Source: an uncultured delta proteobacterium
GTDB taxonomy: Bacteria; Myxococcota; Kuafuiibacteriia; Kuafuiibacteriales; Kuafuiibacteriaceae
Assembly: GCA_963803435.1 (NCBI GenBank)
Contig: CAWDML010000005.1
Span: 384,001 to 448,000 of the forward strand
Direction: 5' to 3'
DNA length: 64,000 nt
Made by a program: the position numbers and the translations under genes
Notes under the pieces: model-generated
What the model was told of the DNA's origin: nothing
Databases searched by the model: none
The model's input: only the letters and a program-made list of their open reading frames with translations
In this document: in pieces, positions 42,460 to 52,696 of the stretch
Position numbering within the stretch: the first letter of the stretch is position 1
Layout: every line of letters begins with the position of its first letter

Positions 42460-42867
42460 GGCCGCCCGCCTCGACGTGGCATCAGCCGAAGCACGATCAC
42501 TCGCTTCGACGTCGGCGACGGCACTTCACTCACCCAGGTGGATGTATCCGGCGACCTCGGCGGCTACGCCGACCGATCGGTGGTCATCTCCGGGGACGGC
42601 GCCTATCTGTTCTACGCAGGGCAGAAGATCCTGGCGACGAACCTCGCGTCTACGCTCGGCAACTTCTCCGAGAACATCTACGCCGCCAACGAGGATGGTT
42701 CCGTGGCCATTGGATCCGAGCACATCTTCGACGGAGTCACCTTCAGTGTGATCAGAGCGCTCCCGATCTCCACCACCAAGATGGTGCTGTCGGCCGACGG
42801 CCAGACCCTGTACCTCTACGACGACATGACGAGCCGTATCTTCATCTACAGCCTCGCGGATCTCTGA
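42460..42867 (+). pseudogene. beta-propeller (YncE-like) 3' fragment
   Basis: VVISGDGAYLFY, MVLSADGQTLYLYD blades; no signal peptide or clear start. Confidence 0.5.
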
Positions 42868-43099
42868 TCGGATTCGAAAAACCGTTGCGCCACTTGGCCG
42901 GTGCGAGGATCGCCTTCGCGCGCGCGGGCCCGAGGAGATCGGAGAGCAGCTCCTCAGGACCGCCGATCCGCGCCAGCAGGGCGCGGGCGAGGAGGAGGCC
43001 GGCCTCGGCCTCGCCGTAGAGCGGGATGCGCCGGTTCTCGCGCAGCCCGACCGCGATCTCGCGGAGCTCCTCGCGGGTTCGGTACGGTGTGAGCGTCAA
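42842..43099 (-). CDS. small hypothetical protein (possibly truncated)
   Basis: Coding-like codon bias; follows the DUF1579 gene. Confidence 0.35.
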   Translation of the reverse strand: MTLTPYRTREELREIAVGLRENRRIPLYGEAEAGLLLARALLARIGGPEELLSDLLGPARAKAILAPAKWRNGFSNPIRDPRGCR

Positions 43100-43189
43100 C
43101 GAGCGTTGCGGATCGACAGCCGCCGCAGCTCGAGATCCGCAGCGCGAAGACGACGAAGCAGGCTCGGAGCCGGGTCTCAGCCCGGGTGC

Positions 43190-43654
43190 TCATCCCTTTC
43201 GATACGTGCCCTCCATGAAGAGCGCGAACGTCTTGCCGCCGTCGAACGAGTTCTCGATCTGGAAGTGATACTGCGCGTCCCCCTCGAAGCGGTACGTGTA
43301 GCGCCCGATCCCTCGCGGCGACCTCGACTCGAGCGTCAGCGTGTCTCCCTCCCACTTGCCGCGGGAAGGCCCGGCGGGGACGAAGCCCATCGAGTCGATC
43401 CAGTACCAGCAGTACTCCTGGCTGCTCGAGTCGTAGCCGAAGACTCCATGCCCCCGATACGTGACCTTTCCGTCCTTCTCCTCGACGTAGTCCTGGATGA
43501 CGTAGAAGCCGTCGAGGTCGACGCGGCAGTTCGATCGTCCCACCGCAGGGCCGCCCGGTCCCCACGGCGAGGGCGAGAGCTTCTCCTCGCCCGTCCATTC
43601 TCCGGCGAGCACGTGCAGCTTCGAGTGTTCGGCGGTCGGTCTCGGCATCTCCAT
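43190..43654 (-). CDS. DUF1579 family protein
   Basis: EHSKLHVLAGEWTGEE, LDGFYVIQDY, GHGVFGYD..YWIDSMG. Confidence 0.85.
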   Translation of the reverse strand: MEMPRPTAEHSKLHVLAGEWTGEEKLSPSPWGPGGPAVGRSNCRVDLDGFYVIQDYVEEKDGKVTYRGHGVFGYDSSSQEYCWYWIDSMGFVPAGPSRGKWEGDTLTLESRSPRGIGRYTYRFEGDAQYHFQIENSFDGGKTFALFMEGTYRKG

Positions 43655-43677
43655 CCTTCGCTCCTCCTCAGCCCCGC

Positions 43678-43959
43678 CTAGCACAGTCCGTCGAGCGCGG
43701 ACAGCCGGGCGCCCCGAACTACCACGCGCTTGCGGCGCCCCGTCTCGCCCGCGACAATCTCCACGTCCTTCTTCTTCACCCCGAACGTCTTCGCGAAGAG
43801 CGCCACCAGCGCCGCGTTGGCCTCGCCGTCCACCGGCGGCGCGTTGAGCTGCACCTTCAACCGGTCGTCGTGCACGCCCGCGATCCGATTCTGCGAGGAC
43901 CGCGGCACGACGAGCACGTCGATCTCGATCCCGTCAGCCAGCTCTCGCGCGAAGCTCAC
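43678..43959 (-). CDS. DUF167 / YggU family protein
   Basis: VVPRSS..LKVQLNAPPVDGEANAAL..IVAGETGRRK. Confidence 0.9.
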   Translation of the reverse strand: MSFARELADGIEIDVLVVPRSSQNRIAGVHDDRLKVQLNAPPVDGEANAALVALFAKTFGVKKKDVEIVAGETGRRKRVVVRGARLSALDGLC

Positions 43960-44918
43960 TGCTTCTCGGCCAAGTGATCTCCCCTGTTCTCGCCGGGGTC
44001 GACGATCCGGAGGATGTTCATCCCGATGATGCGCCAGTGGCGGGGCCGGAGGTAGCGCATCAACATGTGATCGAGCGGCTCGTCGATCACGCGCTTGGAG
44101 ACGGGGGAGGCGTGGCGCACGAACGGGATCTTTCCCAGCCCGGGCTTGTGCACGATCAATCCCTGATGCGTGATCACGTCCGGGTACGCGGGCCGGTTCT
44201 CACGGACCACGTTGATGATGGTGCCGGCGGGGACGCGGCCGCTGATCTTCCGGAGGTCGTCGATGGTGAGATACGGCAGCCGGAACCTGCCGTGCGGCAG
44301 GCGATCGCCGAGGTCGATCTTCTTCGCGATGCGCCGGTGCTTCCAGCGCTCGCGGGTCATCTCCAGCAGGATCCACTTCGTCCTCTTGCCGCCCACCTGC
44401 TCGGTGACGTCCTCGAGGTAGCCGGCGCGCACCAGACCGGGGACCCACTGGGTGGTCATCAGGTGGCGGCGGTTCACGAACTTCGGGTCGCCGTCGTAGC
44501 GGATGTCGTCGAGGGTCGTCGCGATCGCGTCGAGATCGTCGCACATGGCCAGGGCCATCGCGGTCTCGACGAACGTGGTGCAGTCGAAGGCGTCCATGCG
44601 GAACCGCGGATCGGGATCGGGGAGCGCGCCCTCGCCGAGCGGGGACAACAGGTAGGGCGCCGCCACCAGCCCCCGGGTCATCCGCTCGAGGAGGTCGGGG
44701 AAGGTAGTGGCCTCCAAGTGGCGCCGCTCGATCTCGGCCACCAGCGCGTCGTGCGGGAGGAGACTGAACAGATTGAACGGCTTCCAGGGTGGGGGTTGCG
44801 CGTGCGTGGCCGCGACGGTCGACGTCTCTTCCGGGGCGAGGTCGTCGCCCTCCTCGGCGCGGACTGCGCCCCCCACCAGTGAGGTCGCGACTCCCAGGCT
44901 GATCACCCACGCTCGCAC
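43956..44918 (-). CDS. DUF1460 (NlpC/P60-like N-acetylmuramoyl-L-alanine amidase-like) secreted protein
   Basis: PYLLSPLGEG, FDCTTFVETAMA, IRY..NRRH, THQG, RHAS. Confidence 0.85.
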   Translation of the reverse strand: MRAWVISLGVATSLVGGAVRAEEGDDLAPEETSTVAATHAQPPPWKPFNLFSLLPHDALVAEIERRHLEATTFPDLLERMTRGLVAAPYLLSPLGEGALPDPDPRFRMDAFDCTTFVETAMALAMCDDLDAIATTLDDIRYDGDPKFVNRRHLMTTQWVPGLVRAGYLEDVTEQVGGKRTKWILLEMTRERWKHRRIAKKIDLGDRLPHGRFRLPYLTIDDLRKISGRVPAGTIINVVRENRPAYPDVITHQGLIVHKPGLGKIPFVRHASPVSKRVIDEPLDHMLMRYLRPRHWRIIGMNILRIVDPGENRGDHLAEKQ

Positions 44919-44997
44919 GTTTCGCCAGGCCTTCCTGCGGACCTCCGTCCCGGAGGCTTCCTCCCCAGACTACCACGTGTGCTAGAGTCGAACCTCG

Positions 44998-45456
44998 ATG
45001 ACGGGCCAGTCCGTCGACGTCGGCGCTGCTGACCAGGTTCGATCGCTGATCGACGACCCGGCGCGCCGGCCGCTGATCGCGCTCTCGGCCGCTGCGTTCA
45101 TCGCCGTTGTCACCGGCACCTTCATGTACTGCTACCCGAGCACGATGGAGACGTTCCAGCGCTCGATGGTCGTGGTGCACGACGTCAGCGGGGATCTCAC
45201 GGTGGTCGCGGGCGTCTGGTACCTCGCGATCCACCTCAAGCGGGTCTGGCGCATGTGGCGCCGTGTGCTTCAGCGCTGGAGCGGGTACTTCGCCGTCGGC
45301 GTCTGGTCGGTGGCGGCCGGTACCGGCATCTACGGCCAGATCTATCCCATGCCCACCGAGTCGGTGATGGGCGTCCTCCACGTCGTCACCGCCATCGCCG
45401 TGGTCGTGCTGGGTTGCTTCCACGGCGGCTACGGGCTGCGCCGGAAATTTCGCTGA
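44998..45456 (+). CDS. 4-TM membrane protein with His-bearing helices
   Basis: VVVHDVSG, LAIHLKR, GVLHVVT, CFHGG. Confidence 0.7.
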   Translation: MTGQSVDVGAADQVRSLIDDPARRPLIALSAAAFIAVVTGTFMYCYPSTMETFQRSMVVVHDVSGDLTVVAGVWYLAIHLKRVWRMWRRVLQRWSGYFAVGVWSVAAGTGIYGQIYPMPTESVMGVLHVVTAIAVVVLGCFHGGYGLRRKFR

Positions 45457-45465
45457 GGATCGAGC

Positions 45466-45900
45466 ATGGACGTCCCCAACTTTTCCATCTTCTCCGCCAT
45501 CTCCGAGGTCTTCGTCACCATCGGCGTGCTCTACGGCATCATCGCGACGCTCCGCGGCAAGCGGCTCCCGAAGGCGATGCTCGGCGTGGTGTTGATCTTC
45601 GAGCTCTGTATCAACGTCGTCTACATGGCCACGCGCGCCTCGCACGCCGACAAGAGCGCCGAGCTCTCCGCGGCGATGAAGGCGTTCTTCGCCGGACACG
45701 GCGTGCTCTCGCTTCTCATGTTCCTGGTCATCGCCGTGGTCTTCCTCCTGGCGCTCGCCGACGAGTCGAACGGCCGGGAGAACTGGTTCCGCCGCCACCG
45801 CTCGGCCTCGTACGTGCTGATCTTTTTCTGGATGGTCTCCGTCCTCAGCGGGGAAGCCATCTTCCTGCTGCGCTATTTCGGCGGCGGCCCCGGCGCATAG
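45466..45900 (+). CDS. DUF420-like membrane protein
   Basis: 4 TM helices; FAGHGVLSL, FRRH, WMVSVLSGE. Confidence 0.65.
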   Translation: MDVPNFSIFSAISEVFVTIGVLYGIIATLRGKRLPKAMLGVVLIFELCINVVYMATRASHADKSAELSAAMKAFFAGHGVLSLLMFLVIAVVFLLALADESNGRENWFRRHRSASYVLIFFWMVSVLSGEAIFLLRYFGGGPGA

Positions 45901-45944
45901 AGCGTGCTAGGCTAATCGCCATCACGGTCCCGGTCACAACGCTG

Positions 45945-46547
45945 GTGGGCGCGCTCGCGGGCTGCGCGATCGCGCTGGTGTGCAAGAGCGTTCTGGTTCG
46001 GGCGCACGACCCGGTCCGCACCCGCTACTTCGCCATCGCGGTGCTCTTCGCCGGCGCCGTGTTGATGCCCGCGGGGCTCGGCTTCTACCTCGCGTTCCCC
46101 GACTGGAGCCTGATGTACCTCGCGAACCCTGCGCATCTCCCGGGGTGGATGGTCTGGCCGGTGCTGCTCATCTTCTACCTCGCCGGCGCGCCGATCTTCT
46201 TCCTGATCACGGCGCGGCTGATCACCGAGCCGAAGCCCTGGCCCCTGCGCCTGCTCCTGATCGGCCTCTCGGTGTTCCTGATCGCGACGATCCTGCTCGG
46301 CTTCGATCGCTGGACCACGGTCGCCTACTACGAGGCCTACCATCACGGGCTCACCACGATTCCCCTGTCGTCGTCCTCGCTCCTGTTGCCGCTGCTCCTG
46401 ACCATGGGGGCCGTGGGTGGGGTTCTCTACTTCTCGCTCCGACACATTCGCCGCCACGTCGAGCTCCTCCAGGAGCTGCCCCGCGTCCGTCCCGACGCGA
46501 ACACGACCGATCCCCTCGGGATCCAGGCGGCGGCGACAAAGTCATAA
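45945..46547 (+). CDS. hypothetical membrane protein
   Basis: About 5 TM helices, FPDWSLMY motif; start uncertain. Confidence 0.65.
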   Translation: MGALAGCAIALVCKSVLVRAHDPVRTRYFAIAVLFAGAVLMPAGLGFYLAFPDWSLMYLANPAHLPGWMVWPVLLIFYLAGAPIFFLITARLITEPKPWPLRLLLIGLSVFLIATILLGFDRWTTVAYYEAYHHGLTTIPLSSSSLLLPLLLTMGAVGGVLYFSLRHIRRHVELLQELPRVRPDANTTDPLGIQAAATKS

Positions 46548-46585
46548 TCTTGCGGTGTTTTCGGGTCGATGCTACCCGAAGACTC

Positions 46586-47095
46586 GTGCGGTGGTGGACT
46601 CCCCTCGTCCTCTCGCTCGCGCTCGGCTGTGGACCGGTGCAGTCGTCGACCTTGATCGTCGACGCCGCCGCTGAGCTGGCCGCCGCCAAGACCGCGCAGG
46701 CCGACGTGCACGCGCCCTTCGAGTACGTCGCCGCCGAGGAGTACCTCCACAAGGCCCGCGAAGAGCAGTCCTACGCCGACTACGAGGTCGCCGTGCTCTA
46801 CGCCGAGAAGTCGCGCGACTGCGCCCGGGTCGCGCGGTCCCGCGCCGAGGCCATGACGAAGGAGGCGATGGGGACGACCCGCGCCACGCACGCCACCAAG
46901 TCGAAGTGCCGGCCCGGCCCCCCGCGCCTGATCCCGCTCCCCGATCCGTCCGAAGAGGCCGCCGCCATGAAGGCGAAGCCGATGCTCGACAAGCGGAAGG
47001 CCGCGCCCCCACCGCCGCCCACGACCACCGCGCCGAAGACGCCGGTCAAGCCCGTGGAGCCGGCCGACCCGCCCCCGGGAGAGGACGACGAGTGA
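46586..47095 (+). CDS. DUF4398 lipoprotein
   Basis: ALGC lipobox; APFEYVAAEEYLHKAREE; Pro-rich tail; GTGA overlap with the OmpA gene. Confidence 0.8.
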   Translation: MRWWTPLVLSLALGCGPVQSSTLIVDAAAELAAAKTAQADVHAPFEYVAAEEYLHKAREEQSYADYEVAVLYAEKSRDCARVARSRAEAMTKEAMGTTRATHATKSKCRPGPPRLIPLPDPSEEAAAMKAKPMLDKRKAAPPPPPTTTAPKTPVKPVEPADPPPGEDDE

Positions 47096-48159
47096 CGCGC
47101 CCGACCCACCGCGGGATTGCTTCCGCCGCCTGGACCCTGCTCGCGCTGGGCGGCTGCGCCACCGGCGCCTCGCTCCACCTCGAGGCGGAGACGATCCAGG
47201 AGCAGCTCAACACCGCGCGCGAAGCGGGCGCCTACGTGTGTGCGCCCCGCGAGCTGGCGACCGCCGAGGCGCACCTCGAGTTCCTCCTCTCGGAGCTCGA
47301 TCAAGGCAACCCGGTGCGGGCCGCGCAGCATCGCACCACGGCCCGCGAGGCGCTGGTCACGGTCCTCGACAAGGCCAAGGGATGTCTGCCGAAGGATAAG
47401 GACGGCGACGGGATCCCGGACGACGTCGACAAGTGTCCGGAGGTGGCCGAGGACTTCGACGGTCACGACGATGAGGACGGGTGTCCCGAGAGCGAGGACA
47501 CCGACGGCGACGGCATCTTCGACCCGGAGGACGCGTGTCCCAAGGAGCCGGGCCCGGCGAAGAACCGCGGCTGTCCGATCGGCGATCGCGACGGCGATGG
47601 CATCCTCGACGACAACGACAAGTGTCCCGACGATCCGGAGGACAAGGACGAGTTCGAGGACGAGGACGGTTGTCCCGATCCGGACAACGACGCCGACGGC
47701 ATCCTCGACGTGAACGACGAGTGCCCGCTCGAGCCCGAGACGGTGAACGGAGTCGACGACGAGGACGGCTGCCCCGACGTGAAGCTCAATCTGGTCGAGG
47801 TCCGCCGCGACATCGGCAAGATCGAGATCAAGCAGAAGGTCTACTTCGAGACCGGCAAGTCCGTGATCCGGTCGGTGAGCTTCGAGCTCCTCAGCGAGGT
47901 TGCGCAGGCGATCAAGTCCAACAAGGGCATGAACGTGCTGGTGGAGGGCCACACCGACTCGGTCGGTAGCAACACCTTCAACATGGGGCTCTCGCAGCGT
48001 CGCGCGGATTCGGTGCGAGACTACCTGGTGGCCAAGGGCGTCGAGGCGGACCGTCTCACCGCGATCGGCTTCGGCGAGGAGAAGCCGATCGACAGCAACC
48101 AGACGCGGGCGGGCCGCGAGAAGAACCGCCGCGTCGAGTTCACGATCACCAAGCAGTAG
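47092..48159 (+). CDS. OmpA family lipoprotein with thrombospondin type-3 repeats
   Basis: LGGC; repeated DxDxDGIxDxxDxCP; VEGHTDSVG..LSQRRADSV..GFGEEKP..NRRVEF. Confidence 0.93.
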   Translation: MTRPTHRGIASAAWTLLALGGCATGASLHLEAETIQEQLNTAREAGAYVCAPRELATAEAHLEFLLSELDQGNPVRAAQHRTTAREALVTVLDKAKGCLPKDKDGDGIPDDVDKCPEVAEDFDGHDDEDGCPESEDTDGDGIFDPEDACPKEPGPAKNRGCPIGDRDGDGILDDNDKCPDDPEDKDEFEDEDGCPDPDNDADGILDVNDECPLEPETVNGVDDEDGCPDVKLNLVEVRRDIGKIEIKQKVYFETGKSVIRSVSFELLSEVAQAIKSNKGMNVLVEGHTDSVGSNTFNMGLSQRRADSVRDYLVAKGVEADRLTAIGFGEEKPIDSNQTRAGREKNRRVEFTITKQ

Positions 48160-48195
48160 CGAGCACTGCCGGGCCCGTGCTATGGGCGATCGCTC

Positions 48196-48765
48196 ATGAG
48201 CGACGAACATGCACGCATCGATCGATCGACGGCTCTGGTCTGGCTCGACATGGAGATGACCGGGCTCGATCCGCTCACCTGCGTCCCCGTCGAGGTGGCG
48301 ATCGTGATCACCGGGCCCGATCTCGACGAGCTCGACTCGATGGAGGCGGTGGTCTGGCAGCCTGAGGCGAAGTTGCTCGAGATGGAGCCGTACGTGCGAA
48401 ACATGCATACGGCCAACGGGCTGCTGGAGAAGATCCGAGCCTCGGAGAACAGCCTCCAGGACGTCGAGCGGAAGATGCTCCAGCTGCTCGCGCGTTGGTT
48501 CAAGCCAGTGGAGGGCGTCCTGGCCGGCAACTCGATCCATCAGGACCGGCGGTTCCTCAACCGCTACTTCCCCGTCGTCGACGGATATCTGCACTACCGC
48601 ATGGTCGACGTGTCGACGATCAAGGAGCTGGCGCGCCGCTGGTATGGACCCGAGGTGCTGTTCGACAAGGCCGCCAGCGATCACACCGCCCTCTCGGACG
48701 TCCGAGCGTCGATCAAAGAGCTTGCCCACTACCGGAAGGCGATCATGAAGTCTCCCAAGGCATGA
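48196..48765 (+). CDS. orn: oligoribonuclease
   Basis: LVWLDMEMTGLD, MHTANGL, LAGNSIHQDRRFL, HYRMVDVSTIKELARRW, HTALSD. Confidence 0.96.
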   Translation: MSDEHARIDRSTALVWLDMEMTGLDPLTCVPVEVAIVITGPDLDELDSMEAVVWQPEAKLLEMEPYVRNMHTANGLLEKIRASENSLQDVERKMLQLLARWFKPVEGVLAGNSIHQDRRFLNRYFPVVDGYLHYRMVDVSTIKELARRWYGPEVLFDKAASDHTALSDVRASIKELAHYRKAIMKSPKA

Positions 48766-49484
48766 GATCGCTCCTCGCAACGCTCGCCATGACCGTGCTC
48801 GTCTCCTGCAGCATGACGCAGGGGGAGACGGGGGGCACCGGCCAGCCCGAGCCGAAGCGGGTCGAGAAGTCGGAGACACCTCCCGAGAAGACGGCGGCCA
48901 CGGCGCCCCGACCGGAGCGAAGGATGACGGAAAAGGGAAAGAGCGCGATCGACCGGCTCGCTGACTCTCAGGCGTCGGACGTGGTGCGGATCGAGGCTGC
49001 AAGACAGCTTGCCGAGCTCGCGGATCCCGCGACGGTCGTCCCGATGGTGGTGGTGATGGAAGGTGAGCTTTCGGATGCGCTCGAGGACGAGATCCACAAG
49101 GCGCTCGATCTCATGGGCGCGACCGAGATCCTGGTGGGCGATCTGACCGCCGGCGACGACGCGACGCGGGCGACCGCGGCCGACCTCCTTCCCCGGCTCA
49201 AAGATCCGGCCGCCGTCCCGCCGCTGATGCAGGCGCTCTCGGATCCGGTGGCCAAGGTCCGCGAATCGGCGGCCGGCGCGCTCGGTGTTTTCAAGGCTCC
49301 ACAGGCGGAGGGACCGTTGACCGAGCGGCTTCAGAAAGACCCTGATCCTGATGTCCGGGGTGCGGCCGCCCAGTCCCTCGGCGCGCTCCACACGCCGGGC
49401 GCCCAAGCCGCCCTCGAGCGCGCCTTGGCCGCCGAGAAGGATGACTTCGTGAAGGTCCTGATCGAGAAGAGCCTCGCGCCCTGA
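48762..49484 (+). CDS. HEAT repeat lipoprotein
   Basis: LVSC lipobox; repeats such as LSDPVAKVRESAAGALG and DPDPDVRGAAAQSLG. Confidence 0.85.
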   Translation: MRSLLATLAMTVLVSCSMTQGETGGTGQPEPKRVEKSETPPEKTAATAPRPERRMTEKGKSAIDRLADSQASDVVRIEAARQLAELADPATVVPMVVVMEGELSDALEDEIHKALDLMGATEILVGDLTAGDDATRATAADLLPRLKDPAAVPPLMQALSDPVAKVRESAAGALGVFKAPQAEGPLTERLQKDPDPDVRGAAAQSLGALHTPGAQAALERALAAEKDDFVKVLIEKSLAP

Positions 49485-49564
49485 ACCTAGGAAAACCTCC
49501 GATCTGTACGAACCCGCACAACAACCGATGGTGGCACTGTCCCGTTTGAACCGACATTTGGGGT

Positions 49565-51103
49565 GTGCCTCCACACACCTATCGCCCCTTAGGACTACTG
49601 TTCGCGTTCAGCGCGATCACACTCTTTGGCTGTGAGCAGGAAGGGATCATTCGGCTGTCGGTCCAGGGCACGTTCGAGCCCGACCGCCTGGACTTCGGCG
49701 AGGTGCCGGTCGACAGCGAGGCGGCGCTCTCCGTCACGCTGAAGAACATCGGTTCCGCCGCGTTCGCGATCGAATCGGTGGACGTCCCTTCTGGCTTCCT
49801 GCTCCGCGGGCTCAAGGGCCAGTTCGAAGGCAGCACCATGCAACCGGGTATGGAGGTGAGCTTTGAGGTGGTCTTCGCGCCGGCCGACGAGGGCGAGCGC
49901 AATGCGCAGCTCGTTCTTCACGTGAGCGACGAGACGGACATCGCCCTCGATCTCCACGGCGTGGGGACGCTGGTGCGCCTGCCCGCGATCGTGGCGATGC
50001 CGGACGCGATCGACTTCGGCACCGTCGAGCTGGGTGGCGAGTCGCGCGCGACGGTGACCCTCAGGAACGACGGCAACGCGCCGGGGACGATCACCGCGGC
50101 GACCGTCGAGGGCGCCAGCACGGAGTTCGCGCTGGTGACGTCGCTTCCGATCGTGGTCCCCGACGGCGGCAGCCAGGTGATCGAGCTGATGTACGCTCCG
50201 TCGACGCAAGGCGTGAAGAGCGGGCGGATGGTGCTGGCGCTGGCCGAGAGCGTTCCGCCGGTCTCGATCACCATCAGCGGCGAGGGCCGCGTTCCGCTCG
50301 GCGAGATCCTCTGCGAGCCGAACCGCGTCGATTTCGGTCCGGTCGAGCGGGGGTCGATGCTGGCGCGCACGGTGACTTGTACGGCGCGCGGCGGGGCGGC
50401 TCGGTTGGTGGGCGCGCACGTCGAAGGCGCCACCGATCAATTCTTCCTCCCGTCGCCGCCGAGCACCTCCGATCTCGCCGCGGACCAGGGCCTCACGCTG
50501 TCGGTCGAGTTCCACCCCGAAGGGCTCCCCGGCGTCCACACGGGTCGGGTGATCGTCGACTTCTCGGGCGGCTCGGGCGCCGGCAGCGCCACTGTGCAGC
50601 TGACCGGCGAGGTGGTGCCGCCGCCGCCGACCGCCACCGCGATCACCGTGGTCCTCGCCTGGAACACGAACCACACCGACCTCGATCTGCACCTGATCCG
50701 GCCTTCCTCGCGGGGCAATCCGTACGACTCCATGTTCGAGAGCGACGCTGACTGCTACTTCGCGAACAAGTCGCCGGACTGGAACGCTCAGGGCGTGTCG
50801 ATGGACAATCCCTTCCTCGACCAGGACGACGTCGACGGCTACGGCCCGGAGACGATCAACCTCGAGGAGACGTCACCAGGAGCGTACGACGTGTTCGTCC
50901 ACTACTACTCGGATGCGGGGAACGGCTCGTCGACGCCGACGGTCGAGATCCACATTGCAGGACAGCTTGCGGGGACGTTCAATCGGCCCAACTTCTCGTG
51001 CAATCAGGTATGGCACGTGGGGACGATCAACTGGAACGGGACGAACGGGACCTTTGCACCGGCCAACGACATGCACAACACGAACGAGGGCCTGTGCTTC
51101 TGA
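49565..51103 (+). CDS. lipoprotein with three choice-of-anchor D (ASH/Ig-like) domains and a YfaP/DUF2135-like C-domain
   Basis: LFGC; LDFGEV / IDFGTV / VDFGPV repeats; LAWNTNHTDLDLHL..LDQDDVDGYGPETINL..VHYY. Confidence 0.8.
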   Translation: MPPHTYRPLGLLFAFSAITLFGCEQEGIIRLSVQGTFEPDRLDFGEVPVDSEAALSVTLKNIGSAAFAIESVDVPSGFLLRGLKGQFEGSTMQPGMEVSFEVVFAPADEGERNAQLVLHVSDETDIALDLHGVGTLVRLPAIVAMPDAIDFGTVELGGESRATVTLRNDGNAPGTITAATVEGASTEFALVTSLPIVVPDGGSQVIELMYAPSTQGVKSGRMVLALAESVPPVSITISGEGRVPLGEILCEPNRVDFGPVERGSMLARTVTCTARGGAARLVGAHVEGATDQFFLPSPPSTSDLAADQGLTLSVEFHPEGLPGVHTGRVIVDFSGGSGAGSATVQLTGEVVPPPPTATAITVVLAWNTNHTDLDLHLIRPSSRGNPYDSMFESDADCYFANKSPDWNAQGVSMDNPFLDQDDVDGYGPETINLEETSPGAYDVFVHYYSDAGNGSSTPTVEIHIAGQLAGTFNRPNFSCNQVWHVGTINWNGTNGTFAPANDMHNTNEGLCF

Positions 51104-51106
51104 CGC

Positions 51107-52565
<1,459 letters not shown>

Positions 52566-52696
52566 ATCTAGTTTGCCTCTTCCGGGGGTCCGGTATTTCC
52601 CGCGAGCTGGGCGAGTTCGCCGCTTCCGCGGTCGCTCCCGGGGACGATTTCGTCGCCCCCCTTATTCCCCGGACGTACGCTGGGCGCCCCGCCCCG

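Noticed and set aside
49531-49550. Sigma-54 promoter at TGGCAC
   Set aside because: There is no GC at the -12 position with the required spacing.
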